This document shows, one piece after another, positions 16,894 to 27,747 of a stretch of 64,000 nt of DNA. The notes below the pieces were generated by a model. It did no database searches and was not told where the DNA came from. It saw nothing but the letters and a program-made list of their open reading frames with translations. The position numbers were made by a program, and so were the translations under genes. The stretch is from Staphylococcus phage vB_SscM-1: sequence record NC_047767.1; one strand, 5' to 3'. The stretch's first letter is position 1. Every line of letters begins with the position of its first letter.

Positions 16894-18606
16894 TTGGCAG
16901 ATTTTTTTAAAAATTGGAGGATAGGGGATTTACCTAAACAAAATGAAAAAATAAATCAAGTTTCTATAGATGGAGACTTACAAGCTAACATAAGAAAGAT
17001 AGAAGAAGATAATAAGAATTACAATGAGAGTATAGCAAAGTCTTTATACGGACAGCAACAAGCATACGCAGAGCCTTTTATACAAATGATGGATACTAAC
17101 CCAGAGTTCAGAGATAAAAGAAGTTACATGAAAAGTGAACATAATCTTCATGATGTTCTTAAGAAATTTGGTAACAACCCTATTCTTAATGCTATAATAC
17201 TAACAAGAGCAAACCAAGTGTCTATGTATTGCCAACCTGCCAGATACTCTGAGAAAGGTCTAGGATTTGAAGTAAGACTTAGAGACCTAACTAAGGAACC
17301 AGGTAGAAAAGAGCAAGAAGAAATTAAGCGTATAGAAGAATTTTTACTAAACACAGGAACTAAGAAGGATGTAGATAGAGACTCATTCCAATCTTTCTGT
17401 AAAAAGATTGTAAGAGATACTTACATCTTTGACCAAGTTAATTTTGAGAAGGTGTTTAGTAAAAAGAATAATACTAAACTAGAGAAGTTTATTGCAGTAG
17501 ACCCTTCTACTATATTTTATGCCACAGATAAAAAAGGTAAGATTATAAAAGGTGGCAAGAGATTTGTTCAAGTAATGGATAAAAAGGTAGTAGCAAGTTT
17601 TACATCAAGAGAGCTTGCAATGGGTATAAGAAACCCTAGAACAGCAGTAGAGTCTTCTGGATATGGATTATCAGAAGTAGAGATAGCAATGAAAGAATTT
17701 ATTGCTTATAATAATACAGAATCATTTAATGATAGATTCTTCTCTCATGGTGGAACGACTAGAGGTATATTACAGATACGTTCAGACCAACAACAATCTC
17801 AAAGAGCTCTAGAGAACTTTAAGCGTGAATGGAAATCCAGTCTATCAGGTATTAATGGTTCATGGCAGATACCAGTAGTTATGGCAGATGATATTAAGTT
17901 TGTTAACATGACACCTACTGCTAATGATATGCAATTTGAAAAGTGGTTAAACTATCTTATCAATATTATTGCAAGTTTGTATGGTATTGACCCTGCTGAA
18001 ATAGGATTCCCTAACCGAGGAGGAGCTACAGGTTCTAAGGGAGGAAGTACTCTAAACGAGGCTGACCCTTCTAAGAAACATCAAGCTTCACAAAACAAAG
18101 GTTTGCAACCATTACTTAGATTTATAGAAGATTTAATAAACACACATATAATTTCTGAATATGGAGATAAATATACATTCCAATTTGTTGGTGGAGATAA
18201 TTCAGCAGAGAAAGAAAAAATAGAAATACTTAAAGCTAAGACTGAATTAGGAATGACTGTTAATGAAGCAAGAGAAGCTTTAGGATTAACAGGAAAACTA
18301 AAAGGTGGAGATGCACCATTAAACGGAGCATACGTACAATACTATGGTCAATACCTACAACAAGAACAATATGAAGAAGCTAAGCAAAAAGAAAGATTTG
18401 AAATGCTTCAACAAATTCTACAGGGCAACAATGAAGAAGAAGATGACCAAACAGTAGAAACAGCTAAAGTTGATAATAAGAAACAAATGGATGGTAAAGT
18501 AGAACCTGAAAGTAAAGTAGGAAAAGATGGTCAAATAAAAGACCAAGATAATACAAACTCTAAAGGTGTAAAACATTCATATGATAAAAAAGATTGGAAA
18601 CAATAA
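16894..18606 (+). CDS. portal protein
   Basis: 570 aa, positioned between terminase and prohead protease. Size and an acidic C-terminal tail are typical of SPO1/Twort-like portals. Confidence 0.65.
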   Translation: MADFFKNWRIGDLPKQNEKINQVSIDGDLQANIRKIEEDNKNYNESIAKSLYGQQQAYAEPFIQMMDTNPEFRDKRSYMKSEHNLHDVLKKFGNNPILNAIILTRANQVSMYCQPARYSEKGLGFEVRLRDLTKEPGRKEQEEIKRIEEFLLNTGTKKDVDRDSFQSFCKKIVRDTYIFDQVNFEKVFSKKNNTKLEKFIAVDPSTIFYATDKKGKIIKGGKRFVQVMDKKVVASFTSRELAMGIRNPRTAVESSGYGLSEVEIAMKEFIAYNNTESFNDRFFSHGGTTRGILQIRSDQQQSQRALENFKREWKSSLSGINGSWQIPVVMADDIKFVNMTPTANDMQFEKWLNYLINIIASLYGIDPAEIGFPNRGGATGSKGGSTLNEADPSKKHQASQNKGLQPLLRFIEDLINTHIISEYGDKYTFQFVGGDNSAEKEKIEILKAKTELGMTVNEAREALGLTGKLKGGDAPLNGAYVQYYGQYLQQEQYEEAKQKERFEMLQQILQGNNEEEDDQTVETAKVDNKKQMDGKVEPESKVGKDGQIKDQDNTNSKGVKHSYDKKDWKQ

Positions 18607-18626
18607 AATAAATTGTTAATTCAATT

Positions 18627-18654
18627 TTGAAAACAACTTCTTGTGTGCTATAAT
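18627..18654 (+). promoter_or_regulatory. promoter TTGAAA-N16-TGcTATAAT embedded in the portal terminator hairpin
   Basis: -35 at 18627..18632 and an extended -10 at 18646..18654. The spacer is the 5' arm of the terminator stem. Confidence 0.45.
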
Positions 18655-18679
18655 AGTACTTAAGAAGTTGTTATTTTTC
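18632..18679 (+). terminator. rho-independent terminator after portal gene
   Basis: 11-bp stem aacaacttctt/aagaagttgtt with an 18-nt loop, followed by atttttc. Confidence 0.5.
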
Positions 18680-18752
18680 TTATTTGTTGATTAAGTGTTA
18701 TATTATGTATGTAAGTACAGAAAAATAATTAACATTGTGAGGTGTAATAAAC

Positions 18753-19535
18753 TTGCACACAGATGAGCAAACATTTATGTTTAATGCCTTTATGCCAGTA
18801 GACGTAAAGAAATCAGTGGATACAGAATCTGAAACATATACAATATCAGGATGGGCTAGTACAGGACAACTAGATTTACAGAATGAGATTATAGACCCAA
18901 AAGGTATAGATATTACACATTTCCGTGAGCATGGTTACATAAACTATGAACACAAGTCTAATATCAGAATAGGTTATCCTACAGAGAATTGTTACGTTGA
19001 CGTAAATAAAGGATTGTATGTAGAAGCTAAGCTATTTAAAAATAACCCTTACGCTACTGAAATGGTTCAGTTAGCAGAAACTTTAGAGAAATCTGGAAGT
19101 AATAGAAAGATTGGATTTTCTATAGAGGGTGCTATTACTAAACGTAACATTAATGATACACGAGTAATAGAGGGTGTTAAGATTACAGATATAGCAGTTA
19201 CAGCCACACCTGCTAATCCTTCAGCTACTATAGAAACTATTTTGAAAAGTTTCTTAACAGGTAATGGTATATCTCCTGAAACTCAGGTAGATGCAGGAGC
19301 CTTACGTAGAGAAGAACTAGCATCAAGTATAACAAAGCTAACTTATACTTTAGGTATTAAAGACCCTAAAGAGTATAAAAACATGTGGGATGGCGTAGTT
19401 GAGTATTTGACAAAATCAGAAAGAATGGGTTATGAAGAATCTATCATAACTTTACAATTAGCCAAAGGTTTATCAAGAAGAGATGCAGAGTTAGCAGTAT
19501 TAGATATACGGAAGGAGAACTTAAATAATGAGTAA
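18753..19535 (+). CDS. prohead protease
   Basis: 260 aa placed between portal and scaffold/capsid. TTG start after gaggtg. Confidence 0.55.
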   Translation: MHTDEQTFMFNAFMPVDVKKSVDTESETYTISGWASTGQLDLQNEIIDPKGIDITHFREHGYINYEHKSNIRIGYPTENCYVDVNKGLYVEAKLFKNNPYATEMVQLAETLEKSGSNRKIGFSIEGAITKRNINDTRVIEGVKITDIAVTATPANPSATIETILKSFLTGNGISPETQVDAGALRREELASSITKLTYTLGIKDPKEYKNMWDGVVEYLTKSERMGYEESIITLQLAKGLSRRDAELAVLDIRKENLNNE

Positions 19536-20481
19536 AGAAATGAAAAATATTTTGGATGAGTACGAAAAACTTAACCAACAAGAAGTTTCTAAATCAGAAG
19601 AACCTAAAGAAGAGGAAGCTAAAGCAGAAGAAAATACAGTAGAAGAAACAGAACAAACTGTAGCTGAAACTGAAGTAGCAGAAGCTCAAACACCAGAAGA
19701 GGTAGACCCTGAGAAAGTAGAAGAGCAAGAAGAAGAAGCTAAACCAGAAGAAGATGCTGAAGAAGCTAAGGAAGCTGAAGAAGAATCAGAATCTGTAGAA
19801 AAATCTAAAAAAGAGTCTAAAGACCCTGTAGACCATAAAGACACAGATACAGAAGATAAAGACAACGAGAAACGTAAGAACAAGAAAGATAAAGATAAAG
19901 ATGAAGATAAAAAGGACAAAAAAGAAGAAGGTAAAAAAGAAGAAGCTAAGAAATCTATTTCAGATGAATTAATTCTTGAAGGCTTTACTCAAATTCTTAA
20001 ATCAATCCAAGATATCAATGAAGACAAACAAGAGTATGTTTCTAAAAGTGAATTCAAATCTTTAGAAGAAAAATTAGATGCTATTCTAGGTAAACAAGAA
20101 GAAGTTAAAGAAGAAGTTTCTAAATCAGAAGAAGAAGTAGAATCAGATGAAGAGGAAGCAGTTTCTAAATCTGTTACTTCTAAAGAAGAAACTAAAGAAG
20201 AAAAAGCAGACGGTTATGTTTCTAAGTCAGCAACAGTTGAAGAAGATACTCAAGAAGAAACAGCAGAAGCAGAAGAAGTTCAAGAACAAGAACCTACAAT
20301 TAGTCGTGAAGAACTACGTACTAAATTTATGAAGAGCTTCCGTGAACAAGCTTCTAAGAAAGACAAATCTGTTATTCAATTAAACCACGCTAACGAGTCT
20401 TATACACGAGTAATGAATGACTTTGATAATGCATCAGAACATGATTTACAAATTGTAAAAGAATTTGCAGGTATTGAATAA
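19528..20481 (+). CDS. putative scaffolding protein (highly acidic, E/K-rich)
   Basis: 317 aa, mostly E/K/D with predicted coiled coil, lying between protease and major capsid. Confidence 0.4.
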   Translation: MSKEMKNILDEYEKLNQQEVSKSEEPKEEEAKAEENTVEETEQTVAETEVAEAQTPEEVDPEKVEEQEEEAKPEEDAEEAKEAEEESESVEKSKKESKDPVDHKDTDTEDKDNEKRKNKKDKDKDEDKKDKKEEGKKEEAKKSISDELILEGFTQILKSIQDINEDKQEYVSKSEFKSLEEKLDAILGKQEEVKEEVSKSEEEVESDEEEAVSKSVTSKEETKEEKADGYVSKSATVEEDTQEETAEAEEVQEQEPTISREELRTKFMKSFREQASKKDKSVIQLNHANESYTRVMNDFDNASEHDLQIVKEFAGIE

Positions 20482-20586
20482 TATACTCAAAGAAGTGTTA
20501 TATTATAGAGTGTAACTAATGAAATAAAGGGTAGGGTAATACTCTACCCTACATATAAACAAAAAGATGAAAGGTGATTAACTTTT

Positions 20587-21996
20587 ATGACTAACGCAGG
20601 AAAAGAAAAACAATTATCCCCGGCTCAAGATAAAGTAGCGGATAAGTTACAAGATGAATTATTTGAAAAAGTTTCTAAATCATACCAAACTGGTTATGGA
20701 ATTACTCCAGATACACAAGTAGATGCAGGAGCTTTACGTAGAGAGATTTTAGATGACCAAATTACAATGCTTACATGGACTAATGACGATTTAATTTTCT
20801 ATCGTGAAATTACTAAACGTCCAGCACAATCAACAGTAGTTAAATATGATGTTTACTTACGTCATGGTAACGTAGGACATTCACGATTTGTTCGTGAAAT
20901 TGGGGTAGCTCCAGTATCAGACCCTAACATCCGTCAAAAAACCGTATCAATGAAATACGTATCAGACACTAAAAACATGTCAATCGCATCAGGTCTTGTA
21001 AATAACATTGCAGACCCAGCTCAAATCTTAACAGAAGATGCTATCGCAGTTGTTGCAAAAACAATTGAGTGGGCTTCATTCTACGGAGATGCTTCTTTAA
21101 CAGCAGATATCGAAGGAGAAGGTTTAGAGTTTGATGGTTTAGCAAAATTAATTGACAAGAACAATGTAATTGATGCTAAAGGTGAATCTTTATCACAAAA
21201 ATTATTAAATGAAGTAGCAGTTCGAGTAGGTAAAGGCTTCGGTACAGCAACTGATGCATTTATGCCTATCGGTGTTCAAGCTGACTTTGTAAACAACTTA
21301 TTAAATAACCAATACCAATTAATGGCAGATAACAGCGGTAATGTAAACGCAGGTTACAACGTACAAGGATTCTATTCTTCTCGTGGTTTCATTAAATTAC
21401 ATGGTTCTACAGTAATGGAAAATGAATTAATCTTAGATGAGTCATTACAACCATTACCAAACGCACCACAACCAGCTAAAGTTTCAGCTACAGTTGAAAC
21501 AGCTCAAAAAGGTAAATTTACTGATGAATCTGACCGTGCTTTAACTTATAAAGTTGTAGTTAACTCTGATGATGCTGAAAGTGCTCCATCAGAAGCAGTA
21601 GAAGCTACTGTAACAAACGCTACAGATGGCGTTAAGTTAACAATTTCAGTTAACTCTATGTACCAACAACAACCTCAATTCGTTTCTATCTACCGTCAAG
21701 GTAAAGAAACAGGTATGTTCTACCTAATTAAACGAGTTCCAATGAGTCAAGTTAACGAAGAAGGTAACTTAGTATTCGTAGATAAAAACGAAACTTTACC
21801 AGAAACAGCAGACGTATTCGTTGGTGAAATGTCTCCACAAGTATTACACTTGTTCGAGTTACTTCCAATGATGAAATTACCATTAGCTCAAATTAACGCT
21901 TCTGTTACATTTGCAGTATTATGGTATGGTGCATTAGCTTTACGTGCTCCTAAGAAATGGGCTCGTATTAAGAACGTTCGTTATATCGCAGTTTAA
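20587..21996 (+). CDS. major capsid protein
   Basis: 469 aa, followed by a strong terminator; in the capsid position of the SPO1-like morphogenesis module. Confidence 0.6.
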   Translation: MTNAGKEKQLSPAQDKVADKLQDELFEKVSKSYQTGYGITPDTQVDAGALRREILDDQITMLTWTNDDLIFYREITKRPAQSTVVKYDVYLRHGNVGHSRFVREIGVAPVSDPNIRQKTVSMKYVSDTKNMSIASGLVNNIADPAQILTEDAIAVVAKTIEWASFYGDASLTADIEGEGLEFDGLAKLIDKNNVIDAKGESLSQKLLNEVAVRVGKGFGTATDAFMPIGVQADFVNNLLNNQYQLMADNSGNVNAGYNVQGFYSSRGFIKLHGSTVMENELILDESLQPLPNAPQPAKVSATVETAQKGKFTDESDRALTYKVVVNSDDAESAPSEAVEATVTNATDGVKLTISVNSMYQQQPQFVSIYRQGKETGMFYLIKRVPMSQVNEEGNLVFVDKNETLPETADVFVGEMSPQVLHLFELLPMMKLPLAQINASVTFAVLWYGALALRAPKKWARIKNVRYIAV

Positions 21997-22033
21997 TTAC
22001 TATATTATAAACAACTTAATACAAAACAAAATA

Positions 22034-22064
22034 GTGGGTAAACTTAGTTTATCCACTTTTTTTA
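22034..22064 (+). terminator. rho-independent terminator after capsid gene
   Basis: Stem gtgggtaaac/gtttatccac followed by T8. Confidence 0.55.
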
Positions 22065-22093
22065 TTAAAAATACTTGAAAGGAACATCAATAT

Positions 22094-22390
22094 ATGTTAA
22101 AATTTACTAAAAATAAAGCAGAAAAAATTGCTACCATTCATGGTACATTAACAATTAAAGAAGATGGAACAGTAGAAGGTCTAACACCTGAGCAGGAAAA
22201 AGAATTCTCAAATGTTCCAGGATTTGAATTCGAAGAAGAAAAGAAAACTACTAGAAAACAATCAGCTTCTACTAGTAAGGAAGAAGAACCTAAAGAAGAG
22301 GAAAAGAAAGCCTCTACTAGAAAATCTACAAGTACTACTAGAAAATCTACAGCACGTAAAACAACAGCCAAAAAAGACGAAGATAAGTAA
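22094..22390 (+). CDS. hypothetical protein with K/T/S-rich C-terminal repeats
   Basis: 98-aa ORF (TRKSTSTTRKSTARKTTAKK). Confidence 0.45.
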   Translation: MLKFTKNKAEKIATIHGTLTIKEDGTVEGLTPEQEKEFSNVPGFEFEEEKKTTRKQSASTSKEEEPKEEEKKASTRKSTSTTRKSTARKTTAKKDEDK

Positions 22391-22404
22391 AGGGTGAGAT
22401 AGTA

Positions 22405-23310
22405 ATGGCATTATTCGGAGGTCATTTAGACCCTTATGAAAAAGCATTAAATTATGAATATCCATACCATCCATCAGGTAACCCTAAACACATAGATAGA
22501 GAAGCTATAGATGATATAACATTAGCAGATTATGGATGGACTCCAGATGCTATAAAATATCATTATATGTATGGTATAACGGTACAGAACCCAGATACAG
22601 GTAAACCTATGGGGGATGAATTTTATAACCATGCTTTAGAAGTAGCAATATCAAAAGCAGAGAAAGCACTAGATATTACTATACTGCCAGATATCATGCA
22701 TGAGATGAGAGACTATAATGAAACAGAATTTAATAGTTATATGTTTGTTCATGCCTATAATAAACCTATTTTACAGGTAGAAAACTTACAGCTTCAATTC
22801 AATGGCAGACCAATATATAAATATCCTGCAAACTGGTGGAAAGTAGATAACTTAGCAGGACATGTACAGCTATTCCCTACAGCACTAATGCAGACTGGTA
22901 ATAGTATGTCATATGATGCAGTGTTTAATGGATATCCTCAACTAGCAGGTGTGTATCCACCTTCAGGAGCTAGGTTTGCACCTCAAATGATACAACTAGA
23001 ATATGTAGCAGGAATGCTACCTAGAAGAAGAGGTAGAAGAGCTAAACCTTGGGAAGTACCGGCAGACTTAGAACAATTAGTTATCAAATATGCATTGAAA
23101 GAAATATATCAAGTATGGGGTAACTTAATTATCGGTGCTGGTATTGCAAACAAGACTCTATCTGTAGATGGTATTACAGAAACAATTGGAACTACACAAT
23201 CAGCTATGTATGGTGGAGCAAGTGCACAAATTCTTCAAATAAACGAAGATATAAAAGAACTAATAAGTGGACTACAAGCTTATTACGGTTCAAACATGAT
23301 AGGACTATAG
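22405..23310 (+). CDS. virion structural protein (putative head-tail/neck)
   Basis: 301-aa ORF in the head-to-tail joining region. Confidence 0.4.
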   Translation: MALFGGHLDPYEKALNYEYPYHPSGNPKHIDREAIDDITLADYGWTPDAIKYHYMYGITVQNPDTGKPMGDEFYNHALEVAISKAEKALDITILPDIMHEMRDYNETEFNSYMFVHAYNKPILQVENLQLQFNGRPIYKYPANWWKVDNLAGHVQLFPTALMQTGNSMSYDAVFNGYPQLAGVYPPSGARFAPQMIQLEYVAGMLPRRRGRRAKPWEVPADLEQLVIKYALKEIYQVWGNLIIGAGIANKTLSVDGITETIGTTQSAMYGGASAQILQINEDIKELISGLQAYYGSNMIGL

Positions 23311-23324
23311 GGAGGTTTTAAATA

Positions 23325-24203
23325 ATGGGAAATGATTTTACATTAGGTTCTCCCGGAGAAGGAAATATAGCTAATAAGTCTACTAACTATTCTTCTAATA
23401 GTGATATAAACAATGTAACTAAAAAGTCAGAAACAGCAAGAGTAGAATTTGATATACCTAGTATGATTAAATTTATAGAGGACAGAGGTATAAAAGTATT
23501 ATGGGAAAGAGCATACTTTTGTCCTTGTTTAAATCCAGACACAGGGCATCCTAGAATGGATTGTCCTAGATGTCATGGTAAAGGTATAGCATATCTACCT
23601 CCTAAAGAGACGATAATGGCTATACAATCACAAGAAAAAGGTATTAATAATATAGAGATTGGTTTATTAGAAAGTGGTACTGCTATTGGTACAACAAGAT
23701 TAGAGCATAGAATATCTTACAGAGATAGATTCACAGTACCAGAAGTACTAATGCCTCAATCAATGGTTTATTTTGTAAGTGATACACGTATTAAAAAAGG
23801 AATACGATTGTACTATGATGTAAGAGAAGTTACGTTTATAACTACTCAAGAAGAGGTTATTAGAGAAGAAGATTATGAAATTAAAAATGGTAGACTATTC
23901 CTAGATGAAAAATATAAGAATAGTACTGTATCCTTAAACATTTTAATGACTTTAAGATATGTCGTATCAGATATACTAAAAGAAAGTAGATACCAATATA
24001 CGAAGTTTAACCAACCAAAACCCAGATTTGATAACTTACCTCAAAAACTTCTTTTAAAGAGAGAAGACGTTATAGTTCTTCAAGACCCTTACAAAATGAA
24101 TGATGGGGATATTGAGGATATAGAATTGCAAGTAGAAGACCCTAAAGCATCAGTTAATAATAATGCTTCAGGAGGATTCTTTGGAGGGGCGTTAGGTAAC
24201 TAA
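23325..24203 (+). CDS. virion structural protein with Cys4 zinc-binding motif
   Basis: 292 aa with CPC…CPRCHGKG. Confidence 0.4.
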   Translation: MGNDFTLGSPGEGNIANKSTNYSSNSDINNVTKKSETARVEFDIPSMIKFIEDRGIKVLWERAYFCPCLNPDTGHPRMDCPRCHGKGIAYLPPKETIMAIQSQEKGINNIEIGLLESGTAIGTTRLEHRISYRDRFTVPEVLMPQSMVYFVSDTRIKKGIRLYYDVREVTFITTQEEVIREEDYEIKNGRLFLDEKYKNSTVSLNILMTLRYVVSDILKESRYQYTKFNQPKPRFDNLPQKLLLKREDVIVLQDPYKMNDGDIEDIELQVEDPKASVNNNASGGFFGGALGN

Positions 24204-24823
24204 TGGCTAGAATAAAAGGTAATAGACCTAAAATGTTTAAAGAGCCTAAAAAGGTAGGTAGAAGGGCTATATCAGCTATACAGGGAGAAATACTCGATAA
24301 CTTACAACAGACAGCTATGAGAGTAGATGACGTGTATATTAAAAGAATGCCTAACTACCTTGAAATAACAGAAAGAAAGCTAGAAGAAAAAGGTGTAGTA
24401 GATTTAAAGAAAGCCTTTGCAACTTCTAGTAAAAAGAAGCGTACTAAAGATGGTGGATGGTACTTAGTCGTACCTATTAGGTTAAAGACTAGTAAGATGT
24501 CTAAAAAGACATATCAAGACCTAAGAAAGTTAGAAACACCATCAGGACAAAAAACAACACTAACAGATTACTTAGAAGGACTAGAAAAAAATCAAGTTAC
24601 ACATGCAAGTATGGTTCCTAACACGCCTTATAAAAATACAACTAAGATTAAGCGTAAAAAGGATAGAAATGCATCATACTTTATGTTTAGAACAGTTTCA
24701 AATAAGTCACCTGCTAATGCATGGGTTCTTAACAGAGATAAAGTAAATAAAGATAATTTCTCTAACACAACAATGAAACATGTACAAAGCTTGATGAAGT
24801 GGAAAATGAATAATCTGAAATAA
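24203..24823 (+). CDS. virion structural protein (putative neck/tail completion)
   Basis: 206 aa; translationally coupled (ATG overlaps the upstream stop). Confidence 0.4.
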   Translation: MARIKGNRPKMFKEPKKVGRRAISAIQGEILDNLQQTAMRVDDVYIKRMPNYLEITERKLEEKGVVDLKKAFATSSKKKRTKDGGWYLVVPIRLKTSKMSKKTYQDLRKLETPSGQKTTLTDYLEGLEKNQVTHASMVPNTPYKNTTKIKRKKDRNASYFMFRTVSNKSPANAWVLNRDKVNKDNFSNTTMKHVQSLMKWKMNNLK

Positions 24824-24834
24824 AGGAGGATATT

Positions 24835-25671
24835 ATGGCTATTACTTCTGTAGACTCATATCTATTGTCAGAAATCAAGCCTAGACTCAAAACAGTGCTA
24901 GAGAATTGTTATATTATAGATGAAGTTTTAAAAGACTTTGATAAACAATCAAGGGATAGTTTTAAAGAGGCTTTTGTAGGAAAAAATGCACAGCATGAAG
25001 TTACAATAGGATTTAATTTCCCACAGTTTAAAACTAACCATGAAGCACATTATCTTATACAATTAGGTCAAGGAGAAGAAAGTAATAAATCTCTAGGTGG
25101 CTTACAAGGTGTATATGATTATGCTAACGGAGAAACATTGTCTGAAAGCTCTGTAGCAACTTTAGAAGGTAATGAATTATGTTTTACTGTTTCTAAAGAC
25201 ATCTACAAAGTTATAAATATAGAAGACATTGAGTTCTCTAAAGCAGACAAAGTAAGACATGAAGGAAACAAGATATACTTTGCTTATAGTGGAAATGAAG
25301 AGTATGAAGGATACAATGGTATAGTTAACTATGTTGAAAAAACAGGGGAAACTAAAGGACTTGTTAAAGGTATGACTATTAATGAACAAGTAACTATTGT
25401 AGGGTTATCTCACAATGTAGATGTAGCAAGATGTCTAGATGCAATACTAAAGATGATATTAATATCTATGAGAGATAGCATAGAAGAACAACAAACATTC
25501 CAACTACAAACATTATCATTTGGAGACTTAGCTCCTATAATAGGAGAGGGTGAGTCTATGATATTTGGTAGACCCACAATTGTACAATACACATCTTCTA
25601 TGGATATGGACTATACAGTAACAAATGATATTAATAAGTTAACATTTAAAGCAAGAAAGGAATGGAATTAG
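24835..25671 (+). CDS. virion structural protein (putative tail sheath stabiliser/completion)
   Basis: 278-aa ORF directly upstream of the sheath gene. Confidence 0.4.
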   Translation: MAITSVDSYLLSEIKPRLKTVLENCYIIDEVLKDFDKQSRDSFKEAFVGKNAQHEVTIGFNFPQFKTNHEAHYLIQLGQGEESNKSLGGLQGVYDYANGETLSESSVATLEGNELCFTVSKDIYKVINIEDIEFSKADKVRHEGNKIYFAYSGNEEYEGYNGIVNYVEKTGETKGLVKGMTINEQVTIVGLSHNVDVARCLDAILKMILISMRDSIEEQQTFQLQTLSFGDLAPIIGEGESMIFGRPTIVQYTSSMDMDYTVTNDINKLTFKARKEWN

Positions 25672-25890
25672 ATGGTTAGAAAAAAGCAAGTAGCAAAACC
25701 TAAGCCTAAAGATTTCACAGGTTATATCCATATAGATACCTTCTTAGAGACAGCTAAAGTTATGTTTAACATGACAGGCGGTCAAGCAGAAGGATTTAAA
25801 GCATATATGTATGGTAATACTTATCAGTACAGTGAGTTAGACTTTTTACCTCATTTAGAAAAGTATTTAGGAAGAAAATTAGATATTTAA
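25672..25890 (+). CDS. hypothetical small protein
   Basis: 72-aa ORF. Confidence 0.4.
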   Translation: MVRKKQVAKPKPKDFTGYIHIDTFLETAKVMFNMTGGQAEGFKAYMYGNTYQYSELDFLPHLEKYLGRKLDI

Positions 25891-25911
25891 TAAGATAGGA
25901 GAATTAAGTAT

Positions 25912-27675
25912 ATGGCAAAAGATGTATTCCCAAGAAAACCAATACAAAGACCGCATACCTCAGTTGAAGTAGATACTTCAGGTATCGGTGGTTCCGCTAG
26001 TGCTAGTGAGAAAGTACTTTGCTTGATTGGTAAAGCAGATGGTGGAGAACCAGATACAGTTTATGAATTAAGAAACTATGCTCAGGCTAAACGTGTTTTC
26101 CGTAACGGAGAATTACTAGATGCTATCGAGTTAGCATGGGGTTCTAATCCACAATACACAGCAGGTAAGATTTTAGCTATGCGTATTGAAGATGCAAAAC
26201 CAGCAAAATTAGAAGCAGGTGGATTAAGAGTTATTTCTGAATTATACGGAAATGATGCAAACAATATCCAAGTAGCTTTAGAAAAGAACACACTAAATGA
26301 CTCATTACGTTTACGTTTAATTTTTGAAAACGATAGAATTAACACAACATTTGATAACTTAGGTAATATCTTTACTATCCGTTACACAGGAGACGAGTCT
26401 ACAGGTTCATTCTCTGTTGAGAAAGACCAAGAGACAGGTAAAGCTACTAAGTTAGTTTTAAAAGCAGGTAGTCAAGAAGTTAAGTCTTATGATTTAAACG
26501 GTGGAGCTTACAGTTACACAAATGAAATCATTCAAGATATTAATCAATTACCAGACTTTGAAGCTAAGTTATCACCTTATGGAGATAAAAATATTGAATC
26601 TAAAGAATTAGATGAAGCACAAGATGTAGACATCAAAGACAAAGCTAAGTATGTTAAATCTATTTTTGGAGATATCCAAAAGCAAACAGCATACAATGGT
26701 TTAATCCGCTTTGAACAAGTAGAAGAAGACCAAAGTGCTCCAGAAGACGTAGAAGTTGAAGCAGGGGAAGAAGATGCTACTGTAACAGCAACATCTACAG
26801 TTAAAGCAATCGAACCATTTGCATTAACTAAATTAGCGGGAGGAACTAACGGAGAACCTCCAACATCATGGGCTCATAAATTAGAGAAGTTTGCTCATGA
26901 AGGTGGATACTATGTAGTACCTTTATCAGACAAGCAATCAGTACACGCTGAGGTAGCTCATTTTGTTAAAGAACGCTCAGATGCAGGAGAACCAATGAGA
27001 GCTATTGTTGGTGGAGGTATTAATGAATCTAAAGAACAATTGTTCGGAAGACAAGCATCATTATCTAACCCACGAGTAGCATTAGTTGCTAACTCAGGTA
27101 CATTCCCAATGGATGATGGTCGTCAATTAAAAGCACCAGCTTACATGACAGCATCAGCTATCGGTGGTTTAGTATCAGGTTTAGATATCGGTGAATCAAT
27201 TACATTCAAACATATCCGTATCAGCTCATTAGATGCAATTTATGAGTCTACAGATTTAGACCAATTGAATGAAAATGGAATTATCACTATTGAATTTGTT
27301 CGTAACCGTACATCTACTAACTTCCGTATTGTAGACGATGTAACAACATTCAACGATAAATCAGACCCAGTTAAACATGAAATGGCAGTAGGAGAAGCTA
27401 ATGACTTCTTAGTATCTGAATTGAAAGTACAACTTGATGATAACTTCATCGGTACACGTACTATTAATACAAGTGCATCAGTCATTAAAGACTTTATCCA
27501 ATCTTACTTAGACCGTAAGAAACGTGATAATGAAATCCAAGACTTCCCTGCAGAAGATGTACAAGTTATCGTAGAAGGTAATGAGGCTAGAATCTCATTA
27601 ACAATCTACCCTATCAGAAGCCTTAAAAAGATTTCTGTTAGCCTTGTTTATCGTCAGCAAACATTACAAGCCTAG
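25912..27675 (+). CDS. tail sheath protein
   Basis: 587 aa. The N-terminus MAKDVFPRKPIQRPHTSVEVDTSGIGGSA and overall size match contractile-tail sheath proteins of Twort-like myoviruses, by recollection. Followed by a terminator. Confidence 0.7.
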   Translation: MAKDVFPRKPIQRPHTSVEVDTSGIGGSASASEKVLCLIGKADGGEPDTVYELRNYAQAKRVFRNGELLDAIELAWGSNPQYTAGKILAMRIEDAKPAKLEAGGLRVISELYGNDANNIQVALEKNTLNDSLRLRLIFENDRINTTFDNLGNIFTIRYTGDESTGSFSVEKDQETGKATKLVLKAGSQEVKSYDLNGGAYSYTNEIIQDINQLPDFEAKLSPYGDKNIESKELDEAQDVDIKDKAKYVKSIFGDIQKQTAYNGLIRFEQVEEDQSAPEDVEVEAGEEDATVTATSTVKAIEPFALTKLAGGTNGEPPTSWAHKLEKFAHEGGYYVVPLSDKQSVHAEVAHFVKERSDAGEPMRAIVGGGINESKEQLFGRQASLSNPRVALVANSGTFPMDDGRQLKAPAYMTASAIGGLVSGLDIGESITFKHIRISSLDAIYESTDLDQLNENGIITIEFVRNRTSTNFRIVDDVTTFNDKSDPVKHEMAVGEANDFLVSELKVQLDDNFIGTRTINTSASVIKDFIQSYLDRKKRDNEIQDFPAEDVQVIVEGNEARISLTIYPIRSLKKISVSLVYRQQTLQA

Positions 27676-27682
27676 TACCAAC

Positions 27683-27710
27683 AAGGAGGTACTAGGTACC
27701 TCCTTTTTAT
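27683..27710 (+). terminator. rho-independent terminator after sheath gene
   Basis: Stem aaggaggtac/gtacctcctt with loop tag, then ttttat. Confidence 0.55.
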
Positions 27711-27747
27711 AAAAATAATTAAGAAATAATTAGGAGAGTGAATATAG

